Source: Planctomycetota bacterium (lineage in GTDB: Bacteria > Planctomycetota > UBA8108 > UBA1146). Taken from it: a stretch of DNA of 64,000 bases. Below are positions 25,156 through 34,254 of the stretch, in pieces (position 1 is the stretch's first letter; the number at the start of each line of letters is the position of its first letter). The notes beneath the pieces are model-generated. The model was not told the origin of the DNA. It searched no databases and saw only the letters and a list, made by a program, of their open reading frames with translations. The stretch is taken from the NCBI GenBank assembly GCA_036125855.1, contig JAYZTT010000017.1:21323-85322 (forward strand), in the 5' to 3' direction. A program made the position numbers and the translations under genes.

Positions 25156-25959
25156 CTAGACGCTGGCCGTCCTGGGATCCACTGCCACACCACTCCCCGA
25201 AGCGATTCCTCGGGCACTGTCATCGATGAACCTGGCGATCTCGCGCACTTCATCGACCTGACTCTGCTCCAGTAACTGGGCCGCTTCCGGAATGGTTCTA
25301 CCGCTGCGGTAGAGAATCCGATGGGCATCTTGCACGCTTCGTCGCAGATCTGGTTCGAATCCGGCCCGGCGAAGCCCTACCACGTTCACTCCGCGGATCG
25401 TCGCCCGATCCCCGGTCGATAACATGAAGGGAGGGATATCCTGTACCGCCACCGCCGCGCCACCGAGCATCACCAGCCGTCCGACACGGCAAAACTGGTG
25501 CACCAGGGTGTTGGCCGACAGAAAAGCGCCCATTCCCACCTCAGCATGCCCCGCCAGCGAACAATGATTTGCCATCATCACTCCATCGGCGACCTGGCAG
25601 TCGTGAGCGACATGGGCCCCCACCATCAGCAAGCAGTCATTGCCGATCCGGGTGTCAGCTCCGGGCTTGGAAGCACGGTGGACCGACACGTACTCACGGA
25701 GGACGGTACGTTCACCGATCACCACACGGCTCGGTTCTCTGGCCCAGGTCACATCCTGGGGATCGTGGCCGACAACCGCATGCATGTGAATTTCGGAGTC
25801 ACTCCCCACCTCGGTACCGGGACCGACGTAGGCGTGGCCAAATACCTTGCAACCTGAATGGAGATGAGCTCCCGCCTCGATGATGGCGAATGGCCCCACC
25901 GTCACATCGGGAGCCAGGTTTGCATCGGAGTGAATTATTGCTGTCTTGTGGATCGGCAT
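25156..25959 (-). CDS. lpxA: Acyl-ACP--UDP-N-acetylglucosamine O-acyltransferase
   Basis: MPIHKTAIIHSDANLAPDVTVGPFAIIEAGAHL..., left-handed beta-helix hexapeptide repeats, then the helical C-domain IRGVNVVGLRRAGF..AHRILYRSG typical of LpxA. Confidence 0.9.
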   Translation of the reverse strand: MPIHKTAIIHSDANLAPDVTVGPFAIIEAGAHLHSGCKVFGHAYVGPGTEVGSDSEIHMHAVVGHDPQDVTWAREPSRVVIGERTVLREYVSVHRASKPGADTRIGNDCLLMVGAHVAHDCQVADGVMMANHCSLAGHAEVGMGAFLSANTLVHQFCRVGRLVMLGGAAVAVQDIPPFMLSTGDRATIRGVNVVGLRRAGFEPDLRRSVQDAHRILYRSGRTIPEAAQLLEQSQVDEVREIARFIDDSARGIASGSGVAVDPRTASV

Positions 25960-26026
25960 CTGTCCTCCTGCCCGACCGGCACCCCGTTACAGGTTACATC
26001 GAGGAAGTGAGGAGGAAAGAAGTGCT

Positions 26027-26971
26027 TCAGCGTTCCACAGGAGCGGGGGTTTTGTTCGCTCTCTGCTCGGTCTTGACACGCAATTCATCGGGGATCTTTT
26101 GAAAATCCTCCCACAGCCACTGCCAGCCGGTACGGATCCGCAGTAGATATTCTTCGCTGGAGAGGGGATCAAGACCACTATCACGATCGAGCAGGTCACG
26201 AAGAGCCAGATCTGCGATGTGGTAAACCTTCAACTCGCCCTTGACCAGCTCTGGAAAGCCGGGATATGTCCCTTCGAGGCTCACGTCACGTTCATCACGC
26301 AGAGCTTCAAGAAGATGAGGAACTGCCCGGGCGCCGAACTGAACCAACTCATCCTGGATCTGATTATAAAAGCGGCCATCGAGAGGATCGGTCAGAGCAT
26401 CCAGCAAGCCGCGCACTTCAGGATCACCGAGGATTTCTCCCCTCAGCAGATTCTCGGCAACGATCGTCGCCGACCTCCTCCGGATATCGCGTTGCGCCAG
26501 TTCCATCTGGGTACGACCGTTCATCAGCGGCTCGGGGAATGAGAGGTCCTGAACCACTTCCCCCCCGGAAGACTTCGAAATCAGATGACCGGCAAACTTC
26601 CCGTGATACTGGTGCTCCAGATGCTGCTCCTGGCCCTGGAAATCAAAAGTCAGATCCTGGAAATAATCACAGGTCATGGTGCCTTCGATGACGTAGTCCG
26701 CCTGGTCCCTGTTCACCAGCTGAAAACCATGCATGCTGAGAGATCTTTGCAGGAGCAACTGGGTGATATTGAAATCGGTGGCAGCTCCATCGAGCATCTC
26801 GTTGACCTCGACGTGGGCCGTCCCTCGCATCAGCGCCTGGACCTGATTGGTGGGTGCTGGCTCCTTCGGAGCATCGCAGGCAGACAGGGTCACCAACCAG
26901 CTCAGAATCACCAAACAACTGACCAGAGACATCACCTCTGCTGCTGGCCTGTTCCATCTCATCGTCATCAT
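26027..26971 (-). CDS. Hypothetical lipoprotein with HEAT-like C-terminal helices
   Basis: Lipobox-like LVTLSAC after a hydrophobic leader. AVPHLLEALRDERD is HEAT-like. The start could be 26971 or the internal MSLVSCLV (26932). Confidence 0.55.
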   Translation of the reverse strand: MMTMRWNRPAAEVMSLVSCLVILSWLVTLSACDAPKEPAPTNQVQALMRGTAHVEVNEMLDGAATDFNITQLLLQRSLSMHGFQLVNRDQADYVIEGTMTCDYFQDLTFDFQGQEQHLEHQYHGKFAGHLISKSSGGEVVQDLSFPEPLMNGRTQMELAQRDIRRRSATIVAENLLRGEILGDPEVRGLLDALTDPLDGRFYNQIQDELVQFGARAVPHLLEALRDERDVSLEGTYPGFPELVKGELKVYHIADLALRDLLDRDSGLDPLSSEEYLLRIRTGWQWLWEDFQKIPDELRVKTEQRANKTPAPVER

Positions 26972-27068
26972 GGAGATCTCCGTGTCACGAGTACTGGTAC
27001 TTGCCCCGGAAAAACGTCAGACTGCCAGGGCCTGGACTCAGACACCAAGATACACTCTCTGGAGGTCG

Positions 27069-27893
27069 ATGACTCGCGGAACCATCCCCTTTATCAAGGC
27101 ACACGGTGCTGGCAACGACTTCATCGTACTCGATGAGCAACAGAGCCCGATCCCTGAGGATCTTTGCCAGCTCGCCCCCGGACTCTGTTGTCGGCGAACC
27201 GGTGTCGGGGCTGACGGAATCCTGGTGATTCGCCGCGCCAACCCGATCCCGGCGATGGAATGCTGGAACTCTGACGGAAGCCGGGCCGAGGCGTGTGGCA
27301 ACGGACTTCGGGTGATTTCTCTCATCCTATCCGACGGGCAGGAGGGAGATTCAACCATCGACACCGATGCCGGACGGGTGCGGGTTCAGCAGCAATCGAT
27401 CGATGGGCAGTTTGCCGCCGAAGCAGACCTCGGCCTGGCACAGGTCGACAGTCCCCGCAGTTTTTCAGTGGCGGACACGACACTCGAGGCGATTCCGGTC
27501 AACATCGGCAATCCCCACCTTGTCGTTCTCATCGATCCGGACGCAACAACCGATCCGGTGCGAAGATTCGGGCCAACTCTGGAATATTCCGTAGCCACCC
27601 GGGCAAACGTCGGATTCGTACGCATCGAGGCAAGAGACCGGCTGGTTCTTCGCGTCTGGGAACGAGGCTGCGGAGAAACTCTCGCCTGCGGCACCGGCGC
27701 GGCAGCAGCTTTCGCGGCTCTTCAGCAACGAGGAGTCATCGCCGAGACGGTACTGGTCCAGATGCCGGGAGGCTTCCTGCGTGTTCGGGCTGGTGAGCAG
27801 GGAGATCTTCATGTCCAGGGGCCCGCGCGCATCTCTTTTGCGGGTCAGTTGAAGTTGCCGGAAGAGAACTCGACCTTGAACAGCTCGTCCTAA
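27069..27893 (+). CDS. dapF: Diaminopimelate epimerase
   Basis: FIKAHGAGNDFIVLDE, SRAEACGNGLRV, NIGNPHLVVL, GETLACGTGAAAA (both catalytic Cys motifs). GGAGG precedes ATG 27069; the ORF is open from 26847. Confidence 0.9.
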   Translation: MTRGTIPFIKAHGAGNDFIVLDEQQSPIPEDLCQLAPGLCCRRTGVGADGILVIRRANPIPAMECWNSDGSRAEACGNGLRVISLILSDGQEGDSTIDTDAGRVRVQQQSIDGQFAAEADLGLAQVDSPRSFSVADTTLEAIPVNIGNPHLVVLIDPDATTDPVRRFGPTLEYSVATRANVGFVRIEARDRLVLRVWERGCGETLACGTGAAAAFAALQQRGVIAETVLVQMPGGFLRVRAGEQGDLHVQGPARISFAGQLKLPEENSTLNSSS

Positions 27894-28981
27894 TCGATCT
27901 CGACACCCTGACCCGAGACGATCTCACCGATGATCTGGGCCTGTTCTCCGACACTGCCGAGGTGAGTCACCACCGCATCGGCTTGCTCGGACGCAACGAC
28001 CACAACCATGCCGATCCCCTGATTGAAAACCCGATCCATCTCCGAGGTTGCCACCTGACCTCGCTGTTCGATCAACGAAAAGATCGGCGGTCGTGACCAG
28101 TTCTCCCGCAGCAACTGCGCGCCCATTCCCGACGGCAACACTCGTGGAATGTTTTCGATGAGACCGCCACCGGTGATGTGGGAGATGGCATGAATCCCGC
28201 CGCTAAATTGCTCCAGCAGCGACAGGATCGGTTTGACATAGATGCGGGTCGGTTCGAGGAGTATCTGGCCGAGAGTCGCACCCAGTCCACCCGGATCCTG
28301 GTCGAGAGATAGAGCATCTTCCCCCTCGAGTAACGCCTTCCTGACCAGCGAAAATCCATTGGAGTGAACCCCACTGGAGGAGATTCCGATCACCGCATCT
28401 CCGAGGTTGACCTTCGAGCCATCGACGATGGCCCCTCGTTCCACGACTCCGACCGAGAATCCAGCCAGATCAAACTCGTCGGCACTGTAAAACCCAGGCA
28501 TCTCGGCGGTCTCACCGCCCAGCAGTGCACAGCCACTCTGCCGGCAACCTTCAGCAATCCCCTCCACCACCACTGCAATCGCTTCCGGTTCGATCTTTCC
28601 GGTCGCTACGTAGTCGAGGAAGAAGAGCGGCCGGGCTCCTCCCACTACCAGGTCGTTGACACACATCGCCACCAGATCGATGCCGACGGTACCGAACTCT
28701 CCGGTAGCAAATGCGATTTTCAGTTTGGTTCCGACCCCATCGGTTGCCCCGACCAGAATCGGATCGCGAACTTCAGAACCAAACAGAGATCCATCTCCAT
28801 CGAGCAATCGAAAGAAACCGCCGAAGGCCCCATGGGATCCACTCAGCACCCGTTCGTCCTGGGTCGAGACCACGGCTTCACGGATCCGTTGAACCACGGC
28901 ATTCCCTGCGTCGATGTCCACTCCTGCGTCTCGATATGTCAGGCCCTCTTCGGCTGGCTTGACCGGTATCTCATCCACCAT
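27890..28981 (-). CDS. purM: Phosphoribosylformylglycinamidine cyclo-ligase (AIR synthetase)
   Basis: LTYRDAGVDIDAGN..GAFGGFF..LVGATDGVGTKL..DLVAMCVNDL..FFLDY..GGETAEMPG..GISSSGVHSNGFSL. The ORF is open to 29023; ATG 28981 (MVDEIPV) is preferred. The stop overlaps the dapF stop (convergent). Confidence 0.9.
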   Translation of the reverse strand: MVDEIPVKPAEEGLTYRDAGVDIDAGNAVVQRIREAVVSTQDERVLSGSHGAFGGFFRLLDGDGSLFGSEVRDPILVGATDGVGTKLKIAFATGEFGTVGIDLVAMCVNDLVVGGARPLFFLDYVATGKIEPEAIAVVVEGIAEGCRQSGCALLGGETAEMPGFYSADEFDLAGFSVGVVERGAIVDGSKVNLGDAVIGISSSGVHSNGFSLVRKALLEGEDALSLDQDPGGLGATLGQILLEPTRIYVKPILSLLEQFSGGIHAISHITGGGLIENIPRVLPSGMGAQLLRENWSRPPIFSLIEQRGQVATSEMDRVFNQGIGMVVVVASEQADAVVTHLGSVGEQAQIIGEIVSGQGVEID

Positions 28982-29552
28982 GAGCGGCTTCCTCTCTCTG
29001 AACTTCCCACAGCCATTTCTCATCCAGATCGAATCGCTTCAGGCGACGTCGACTCCGGCGAGCGCGAGAATCATCCCCGAGACAGCGTGAAACCTGCCAG
29101 TCGAGAAACAGTAGATCAATATCTCGATCATCATTTACCAGACCACTATCGAGAGCGGCACGCGCTCTCAGCATTCGACCGCGCAGATAGCATCGCTGAG
29201 CATCGTCGAGAGCTCGTTCAACCCTTCGCCGGATCACACGTCGACGTGTCGGTGAGGTGATCCGGTAGGTCCACAGGGCACTGACCAGGGTGCTGACCAC
29301 TCCAAGCGCTGCTCCCGTCAGCTGAGTCTGTTCTCGATCCGGTCCGGCCCAGACGGTCGATCCGGCGACAAGCAAAACCCAACCGGTTCCGCCGAGAAAG
29401 AACAGCGCCAGACCCCTCTGGACTCTCCCCAGCAGGATCGGGCCGAGCCCGGGAATCACCGATAAGATCAAGAGAATTGCCCGCAATGCTCGCTCCTCCT
29501 GCATCCCTACCGTTATCGACCAGCCATCTGCTCCGCCAGTGTATCGTGCCAC
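28971..29552 (-). CDS. Hypothetical membrane protein (two or three TM helices, Arg-rich C-terminal half)
   Basis: ILLILSVIPGLGPILLG, LALFFLGGTGWVLLVAG, GAALGVVSTLVSALW. The start may instead be ATG 29504 (MQEERAL). Confidence 0.5.
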   Translation of the reverse strand: MARYTGGADGWSITVGMQEERALRAILLILSVIPGLGPILLGRVQRGLALFFLGGTGWVLLVAGSTVWAGPDREQTQLTGAALGVVSTLVSALWTYRITSPTRRRVIRRRVERALDDAQRCYLRGRMLRARAALDSGLVNDDRDIDLLFLDWQVSRCLGDDSRARRSRRRLKRFDLDEKWLWEVQREEAAHGG

Positions 29553-29615
29553 GGGGCACGAGGGGAGTGGTACGGATCGCTTGCCTGCCAGCGTTCAAGC
29601 AGACAATCTGTTGTC

Positions 29616-30713
29616 ATGAACCGAGCCGATTCCCCTACCCCCGATCCCGGCACCCTGCGAACCCTCGACGCAGCATTCAATCGGCTCATCGAGGCGATGA
29701 GGGTGATCGAAGATCAACTGCGATTCCGCCACCATCGTGAGGTCATCTGCCGCCGTTGGCAATCTCTTCGTCGCCAGACCGGCCAACTTCGTGGCAAGGT
29801 GGAAGAGTCGCTGGGGCCCCTGGCCTGTCATCGAGATGTCGCAGGAGATCGGTTGAGGAACGCCCCCGGCGCTGAAGACCATCAAAACCACACGGCGCTG
29901 ATGGCTGCCAATACCTCTCGAGCGCGTGAAGCCAGTCGATCAGTCGAAGAAACGATGCGCCTGCTCTTGCCGCAGCAATCAGCTGCTGCCCAGGTGATCC
30001 GCTATGACATCTATCAACTTGAGGCCATCACAACCGCCCTTGAGTTGAGAGGACCCCGGCTCGAAGGTCGAGATCTTTATGTACTGGTGACCGAAAGTCT
30101 GTGCCACGGCAACCTCCTCGATACAACCATCGCAGCCATCGAGGGCGGTGCCCGGATCGTTCAGCTCAGAGAGAAGGAGCAGCCCCCGTCGAAAGTTCTC
30201 GAAATTGCCCGACAGTTGCGGGAGATCACCGAACAGCGAAATGCCCTGCTCATCATCAACGACTCCATCGAGATCGCTCATCTGAGCGGAGCCGATGGGG
30301 TGCATCTGGGTCAAGAAGATATTGCACCTCATGAAGCCCGTCGGCTACTCGGCCCCGATGCGATCATCGGCCTGTCGACCCATCGACCCGAGCAAGCCGC
30401 GGCAGCCGCCGCTCAGGGGGCAGACTATATCGGGGTCGGGCCCATCTTTGAAACCGCCACCAAGCTCCACCGGGAGGCGGCCGGAACCGAGTACATCCGC
30501 CAGGCTCAGGAGGTCTGCGAATTGCCGGGCTTCGCCATCGGACATATCGATTCCGGAACCATCGATCAGGTAATCGCCGCGGGAGCGCAACGAATCGCGG
30601 TTTGCACCGGCATCATCAGCCAGCCCGATCCTGCTGCAGCAGCTCGATGGCTGGCGGACAGACTCACCCAGCAACGCTCCGTGGAGGTCCTCGATGACAC
30701 CCTCGGAAGCTGA
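29616..30713 (+). CDS. thiE: Thiamine-phosphate synthase with ~150-aa N-terminal extension
   Basis: LYVLVTE..AIEGGARIVQLREK..LIINDSIEIAHLSGADGVHLGQEDI..IGLSTH..GADYIGVGPIFET.TK matches ThiE. The N-terminal helical domain is of unknown role. Confidence 0.8.
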   Translation: MNRADSPTPDPGTLRTLDAAFNRLIEAMRVIEDQLRFRHHREVICRRWQSLRRQTGQLRGKVEESLGPLACHRDVAGDRLRNAPGAEDHQNHTALMAANTSRAREASRSVEETMRLLLPQQSAAAQVIRYDIYQLEAITTALELRGPRLEGRDLYVLVTESLCHGNLLDTTIAAIEGGARIVQLREKEQPPSKVLEIARQLREITEQRNALLIINDSIEIAHLSGADGVHLGQEDIAPHEARRLLGPDAIIGLSTHRPEQAAAAAAQGADYIGVGPIFETATKLHREAAGTEYIRQAQEVCELPGFAIGHIDSGTIDQVIAAGAQRIAVCTGIISQPDPAAAARWLADRLTQQRSVEVLDDTLGS

Positions 30714-31308
30714 GTCGTCCCCATCTTCCCCACTCAGGAGATTATATGATCTGGTGCTGGCAGAGGCGGAGACTAAACGCGGCCCCGCCGTGCTGGCGGT
30801 GGTTTCATTTACCGAGTCGAGTTTTTTTCCGATTCCACCGGACCCGTTACTGATCGCTCTCGGGATTGGATCTCCGCGGCGGGCGATTCCCCTGGCGCTA
30901 CTCACCACCGTCATGTCGGTACTGGGTGGGATTCTGGGTTACTTCATCGGAGCGTGGATGATGGAGAGCATCGGCAACTCGATCATCTCTTTCTTTCATG
31001 CCGAACAGCGCTTTGAACAGCTGGTTGTTCAATTCCACGGGATCGGATTCCTGGCGATTCTGACCGCTGCCGTCACCCCTCTCCCGTACAAGATCTTCAC
31101 CATCGCTGCGGGGTCTGCGGGCATACCGCTGCCGGTCTTCGTCACCGCCAGTCTGATCGGCAGAGGAGTGCGATTTCTCGCCCAGGGGATCCTGGTTCAC
31201 TTCTACGGGGCCAGGATCCAGCAATTCATCGATCGCTGGTTTGGACTCGTCACGATCCTGGCACTGGTACTGGGTGTGCTGGGCTTCCTGGCACTCGGTA
31301 GCTTCTGA
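30694..31308 (+). CDS. YqaA/DedA-superfamily membrane protein
   Basis: VSFTESSFFPIPPDPLLIAL motif plus 4-5 TM segments. Overlaps the thiE 3' end by 20 nt. Confidence 0.7.
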   Translation: MTPSEAESSPSSPLRRLYDLVLAEAETKRGPAVLAVVSFTESSFFPIPPDPLLIALGIGSPRRAIPLALLTTVMSVLGGILGYFIGAWMMESIGNSIISFFHAEQRFEQLVVQFHGIGFLAILTAAVTPLPYKIFTIAAGSAGIPLPVFVTASLIGRGVRFLAQGILVHFYGARIQQFIDRWFGLVTILALVLGVLGFLALGSF

Positions 31309-31345
31309 ATCGTCGCGTGGATCTACCCGAACCTGCCCGCCAGCC

Positions 31346-32902
31346 TCACTGACCGAGCGCATCGATCAATTGTTGCCGCATCACCTGGGCTGCCTCATCT
31401 GCTTCCCCGAGGATTTGAACCACGAGAGGTGCACCCACCTGAGCTCGAGCCCCTGCCTCTTTTTGCCACGCATCGCCATGCTCTGCAGCGACGATGACGC
31501 GAAGCCCCGGCCCGGGGTGTTGCTTGTCCGGTTGTGGAGGATCAGGAAGTCCCTCCATCCCGAACCAGCCAGGGGCCGCTTCCAGCTGGGCGATTGCCAG
31601 CGGCCAATCACCATCTCCGATGGCTACCGATGCCAGCGCTTGAGCCCCTGCGCCACTGCCGGCGAGAACCACCTGATCCTTCTTCAAGTTCCTCTGTTCC
31701 AGCAGACGTTCACGTAATCGGTCAAGACCAAATGAGAGACAGGCGAGATCTTCATCCCGATGGTCTGAGGCGATCCAGGCACCTCCCTCGCCGGTCGAGT
31801 ACATCGGCTCGACCACCACCAGACAGGGAAGATCTCCCAGATCCTCACGCAGCCGTTTCAGCTCATCGGCGGGATCCTCATCTTCAGCTGGTAACCAGAT
31901 CAGTAATGGAGCGGGCCCTGCGCTACGGGCGGGAGCATCGATGACGTAACGAAGAGTCCTCGGCATGAACACGGCTAGGCTCCCCGAATGCAGTCCACGG
32001 GAGACCAATTCGGTGTGCACGATCCAGTCTGCACGGGGATCATCGGTATCAACCTTCACTTGATTCAGATCGAAGGAGGGAGAGATTTGAACCGTCACCA
32101 GATCGGTTTCTGGCCTGCGCAACAAAACCTGTCGAACTGCCCCATCGTGCTCGAGACTATGAAATCCTCCATTGATGTGGACGACGATGGAATCCGGGTA
32201 TCGTTCCAGCGCTCTGACCACCGACTCTCCCATGGTGTTATCCCAGAGGCTCTGCACCTTCTCGGTCCGTTGTTCCTTCGGAACGTTGGTAGCCACATGA
32301 CCGTGGCCCCGAACGGTTCGATCATATCTCTGCCAGTAGCGATCAGTGTTGGTCAGCAATTCACTGGCGATGGTCGCGCGGAGAGACTCATCGAGCGCGG
32401 CTAGTCCCCCGCCAAACGCGACCTTGCGCCATACCGACGAGGGAACATTGGCAGCAATTACCGGCACACCGTTTTGTTTCGCCCACTCCAGGACGGGACG
32501 ATATCCCGTCTCGTAATTATTCCAGGGATTCGACTGCTCGAGAAAGGTGTCTTCATCGATCACTCCGGCAAGATACTGATCCACCACCTCCTGGCAGTCC
32601 CGTCCGAACATCTCCAGGGAAACCACTACATCACGCCCTGCCGCATCGATCCCCTCCAGTACTGCCAGCTCTAGCCGGTGGGTCACGTCGTCGAGATGAG
32701 TTTCACCCAGAAATACCACCTCTCGCCTCGACAGATCCTGGATCATCCGATCCAACGACAGCAACTCACCTCCCCGCGAGGCATGAACCCGGACGTGACG
32801 GTCGATGGGGTGGCTGCCAGCACGACTTTCAAACAAACCCTGACAACCAGATATCGAGCTGAGCAGTGCCACAATCAGAACCAACCTTGAACTACGTTTC
32901 AT
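31346..32902 (-). CDS. ChaN/Tiki-like (haem-binding uptake, PF04187-like) lipoprotein with C-terminal alpha/beta domain
   Basis: Lipobox LLSSISGC. EVVFLGETHLDDVTHRLELAVLEGI..VSLEMF resembles ChaN-family N-domains. ATG 32902 forms an ATGA overlap with the gmhB stop; the ORF is open to 32923. Confidence 0.6.
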   Translation of the reverse strand: MKRSSRLVLIVALLSSISGCQGLFESRAGSHPIDRHVRVHASRGGELLSLDRMIQDLSRREVVFLGETHLDDVTHRLELAVLEGIDAAGRDVVVSLEMFGRDCQEVVDQYLAGVIDEDTFLEQSNPWNNYETGYRPVLEWAKQNGVPVIAANVPSSVWRKVAFGGGLAALDESLRATIASELLTNTDRYWQRYDRTVRGHGHVATNVPKEQRTEKVQSLWDNTMGESVVRALERYPDSIVVHINGGFHSLEHDGAVRQVLLRRPETDLVTVQISPSFDLNQVKVDTDDPRADWIVHTELVSRGLHSGSLAVFMPRTLRYVIDAPARSAGPAPLLIWLPAEDEDPADELKRLREDLGDLPCLVVVEPMYSTGEGGAWIASDHRDEDLACLSFGLDRLRERLLEQRNLKKDQVVLAGSGAGAQALASVAIGDGDWPLAIAQLEAAPGWFGMEGLPDPPQPDKQHPGPGLRVIVAAEHGDAWQKEAGARAQVGAPLVVQILGEADEAAQVMRQQLIDALGQ

Positions 32903-33444
32903 CGCGACCACTCCTCGATCCATGTTGCAGCTTGATTCAGATTCTCAACCCAGGCATCTGCCTGAACTCCAGCCGGAAGGGGTTCTTCTCCCCGACCGGT
33001 ACGAACTCGAATGCTCGTCATACCGAGGCGTTGTGCTGCCTCGATGTCACAAGCCGAATCTCCCACCATCAGAGACCGATCCAGGTCGATATCGTGCTCA
33101 CTGGCAGCGCGCAGGAACATTCCCGACCCGGGTTTGCGACAATCACAGCCGGCATCGGGGAGGTGAGGACAATATTCTACCGCCGCGACGGAAGCTCCCC
33201 ACCTGGCGCAATCATCGATCAACTTGTGGTGGATCGACTGCACCTGGTTCTCGCTGGTCCAGCCGCGCCCGATGGCCGATTGATTGGTCACCACGACGAT
33301 CGCCCGGCCCATCGCACCGAGCCGTCTCATCGCCTCGGCGGTGAACTCGTAGTATTGATACTCTTCCAGGGTACGAACCGAATCGAGCAGGAAGTGATTG
33401 ATCACACCGTCCCGATCGAGAAAGAGGCCCGGTACACCGCTCAA
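32899..33444 (-). CDS. gmhB: D-glycero-D-manno-heptose 1,7-bisphosphate phosphatase (HAD-IIIA)
   Basis: LFLDRDGVIN, VVVTNQSAIGRG, CPHLPDAGCDCRKPGSGMF (Zn-binding Cys cluster), MVGDSACDIEAAQ. Confidence 0.85.
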   Translation of the reverse strand: MSGVPGLFLDRDGVINHFLLDSVRTLEEYQYYEFTAEAMRRLGAMGRAIVVVTNQSAIGRGWTSENQVQSIHHKLIDDCARWGASVAAVEYCPHLPDAGCDCRKPGSGMFLRAASEHDIDLDRSLMVGDSACDIEAAQRLGMTSIRVRTGRGEEPLPAGVQADAWVENLNQAATWIEEWSR

Positions 33445-34112
33445 GTTGCCGATTGTCCCGTCGCTCGTTGCGACAGGATTCTGGCCACCGCAGCCTTGAA
33501 TCCGTGGATCATCATGTGGGTCATCACCATATGAGCATCCTGAGCCGGCTGCATCTCGTGGATTTCGACATGAAGCGGGAAATCAACCAGCTGACGCAAT
33601 CGTCCCCCGTCAAAGCCGGTCATCGCTGCTGTCTTGCAGCCGATTTGCTGCGCCCGTTCCATCGCGAGAATCAGGTTGGATGAATTGCCAGATCCGCTCA
33701 TCGTCAACACCAGATCCCCTGGCCGTGCCCACTGCTGCACCTGCTCCGTGAAGACCGCATCGAAATCGATGTCGTTGCCCAGCGCGGTGATGATGGAAGG
33801 ACTATCGTTGAGACTGAGAACCCGCAGCCGCCTCGGCTCGGAAAAAGGAATCGCGTAGGTTGCCAGATCCTCGGCCAGATGGGAGGCGGTGGCGGCACTC
33901 CCTCCATTGCCGAACACGATCAACTGGCGATCTGAGCACCAGGCCTCCAGCACCTGCTCGGTAAAGCGCGAGACCGACTCCACATCGATCTGCCCGAGAG
34001 CCTGCTGACTTCGGTCCAGATAATTTCCCAGTTCGGCCCGGAACCGCTCAGGATCCACGCCCTCGGCCTTCAAATCACGAGTTGACAAAGCACCTCCAAA
34101 CAGCGATTTCAC
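33441..34112 (-). CDS. gmhA: SIS-domain phosphoheptose isomerase-like protein
   Basis: LIVFGNGGSAATASHLAEDL, LSLNDS..ITALGND, LVLTMSGSGNSSN, AMTGFDGG. 4-nt overlap with gmhB. Confidence 0.8.
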   Translation of the reverse strand: MKSLFGGALSTRDLKAEGVDPERFRAELGNYLDRSQQALGQIDVESVSRFTEQVLEAWCSDRQLIVFGNGGSAATASHLAEDLATYAIPFSEPRRLRVLSLNDSPSIITALGNDIDFDAVFTEQVQQWARPGDLVLTMSGSGNSSNLILAMERAQQIGCKTAAMTGFDGGRLRQLVDFPLHVEIHEMQPAQDAHMVMTHMMIHGFKAAVARILSQRATGQSAT

Positions 34113-34254
34113 TCCGGAAAGGATACATCCTCCGAGCCTCCGCGACAGCCCGACAGACTCTTCAAGTTATCGAGTTCTGGGGTCTTCGCCGTCAGGAAAA
34201 TCGGGGTAGGATCTGCCTGACACGCTTCGCCAGCAGACAGGAAGGCCTTTACTG

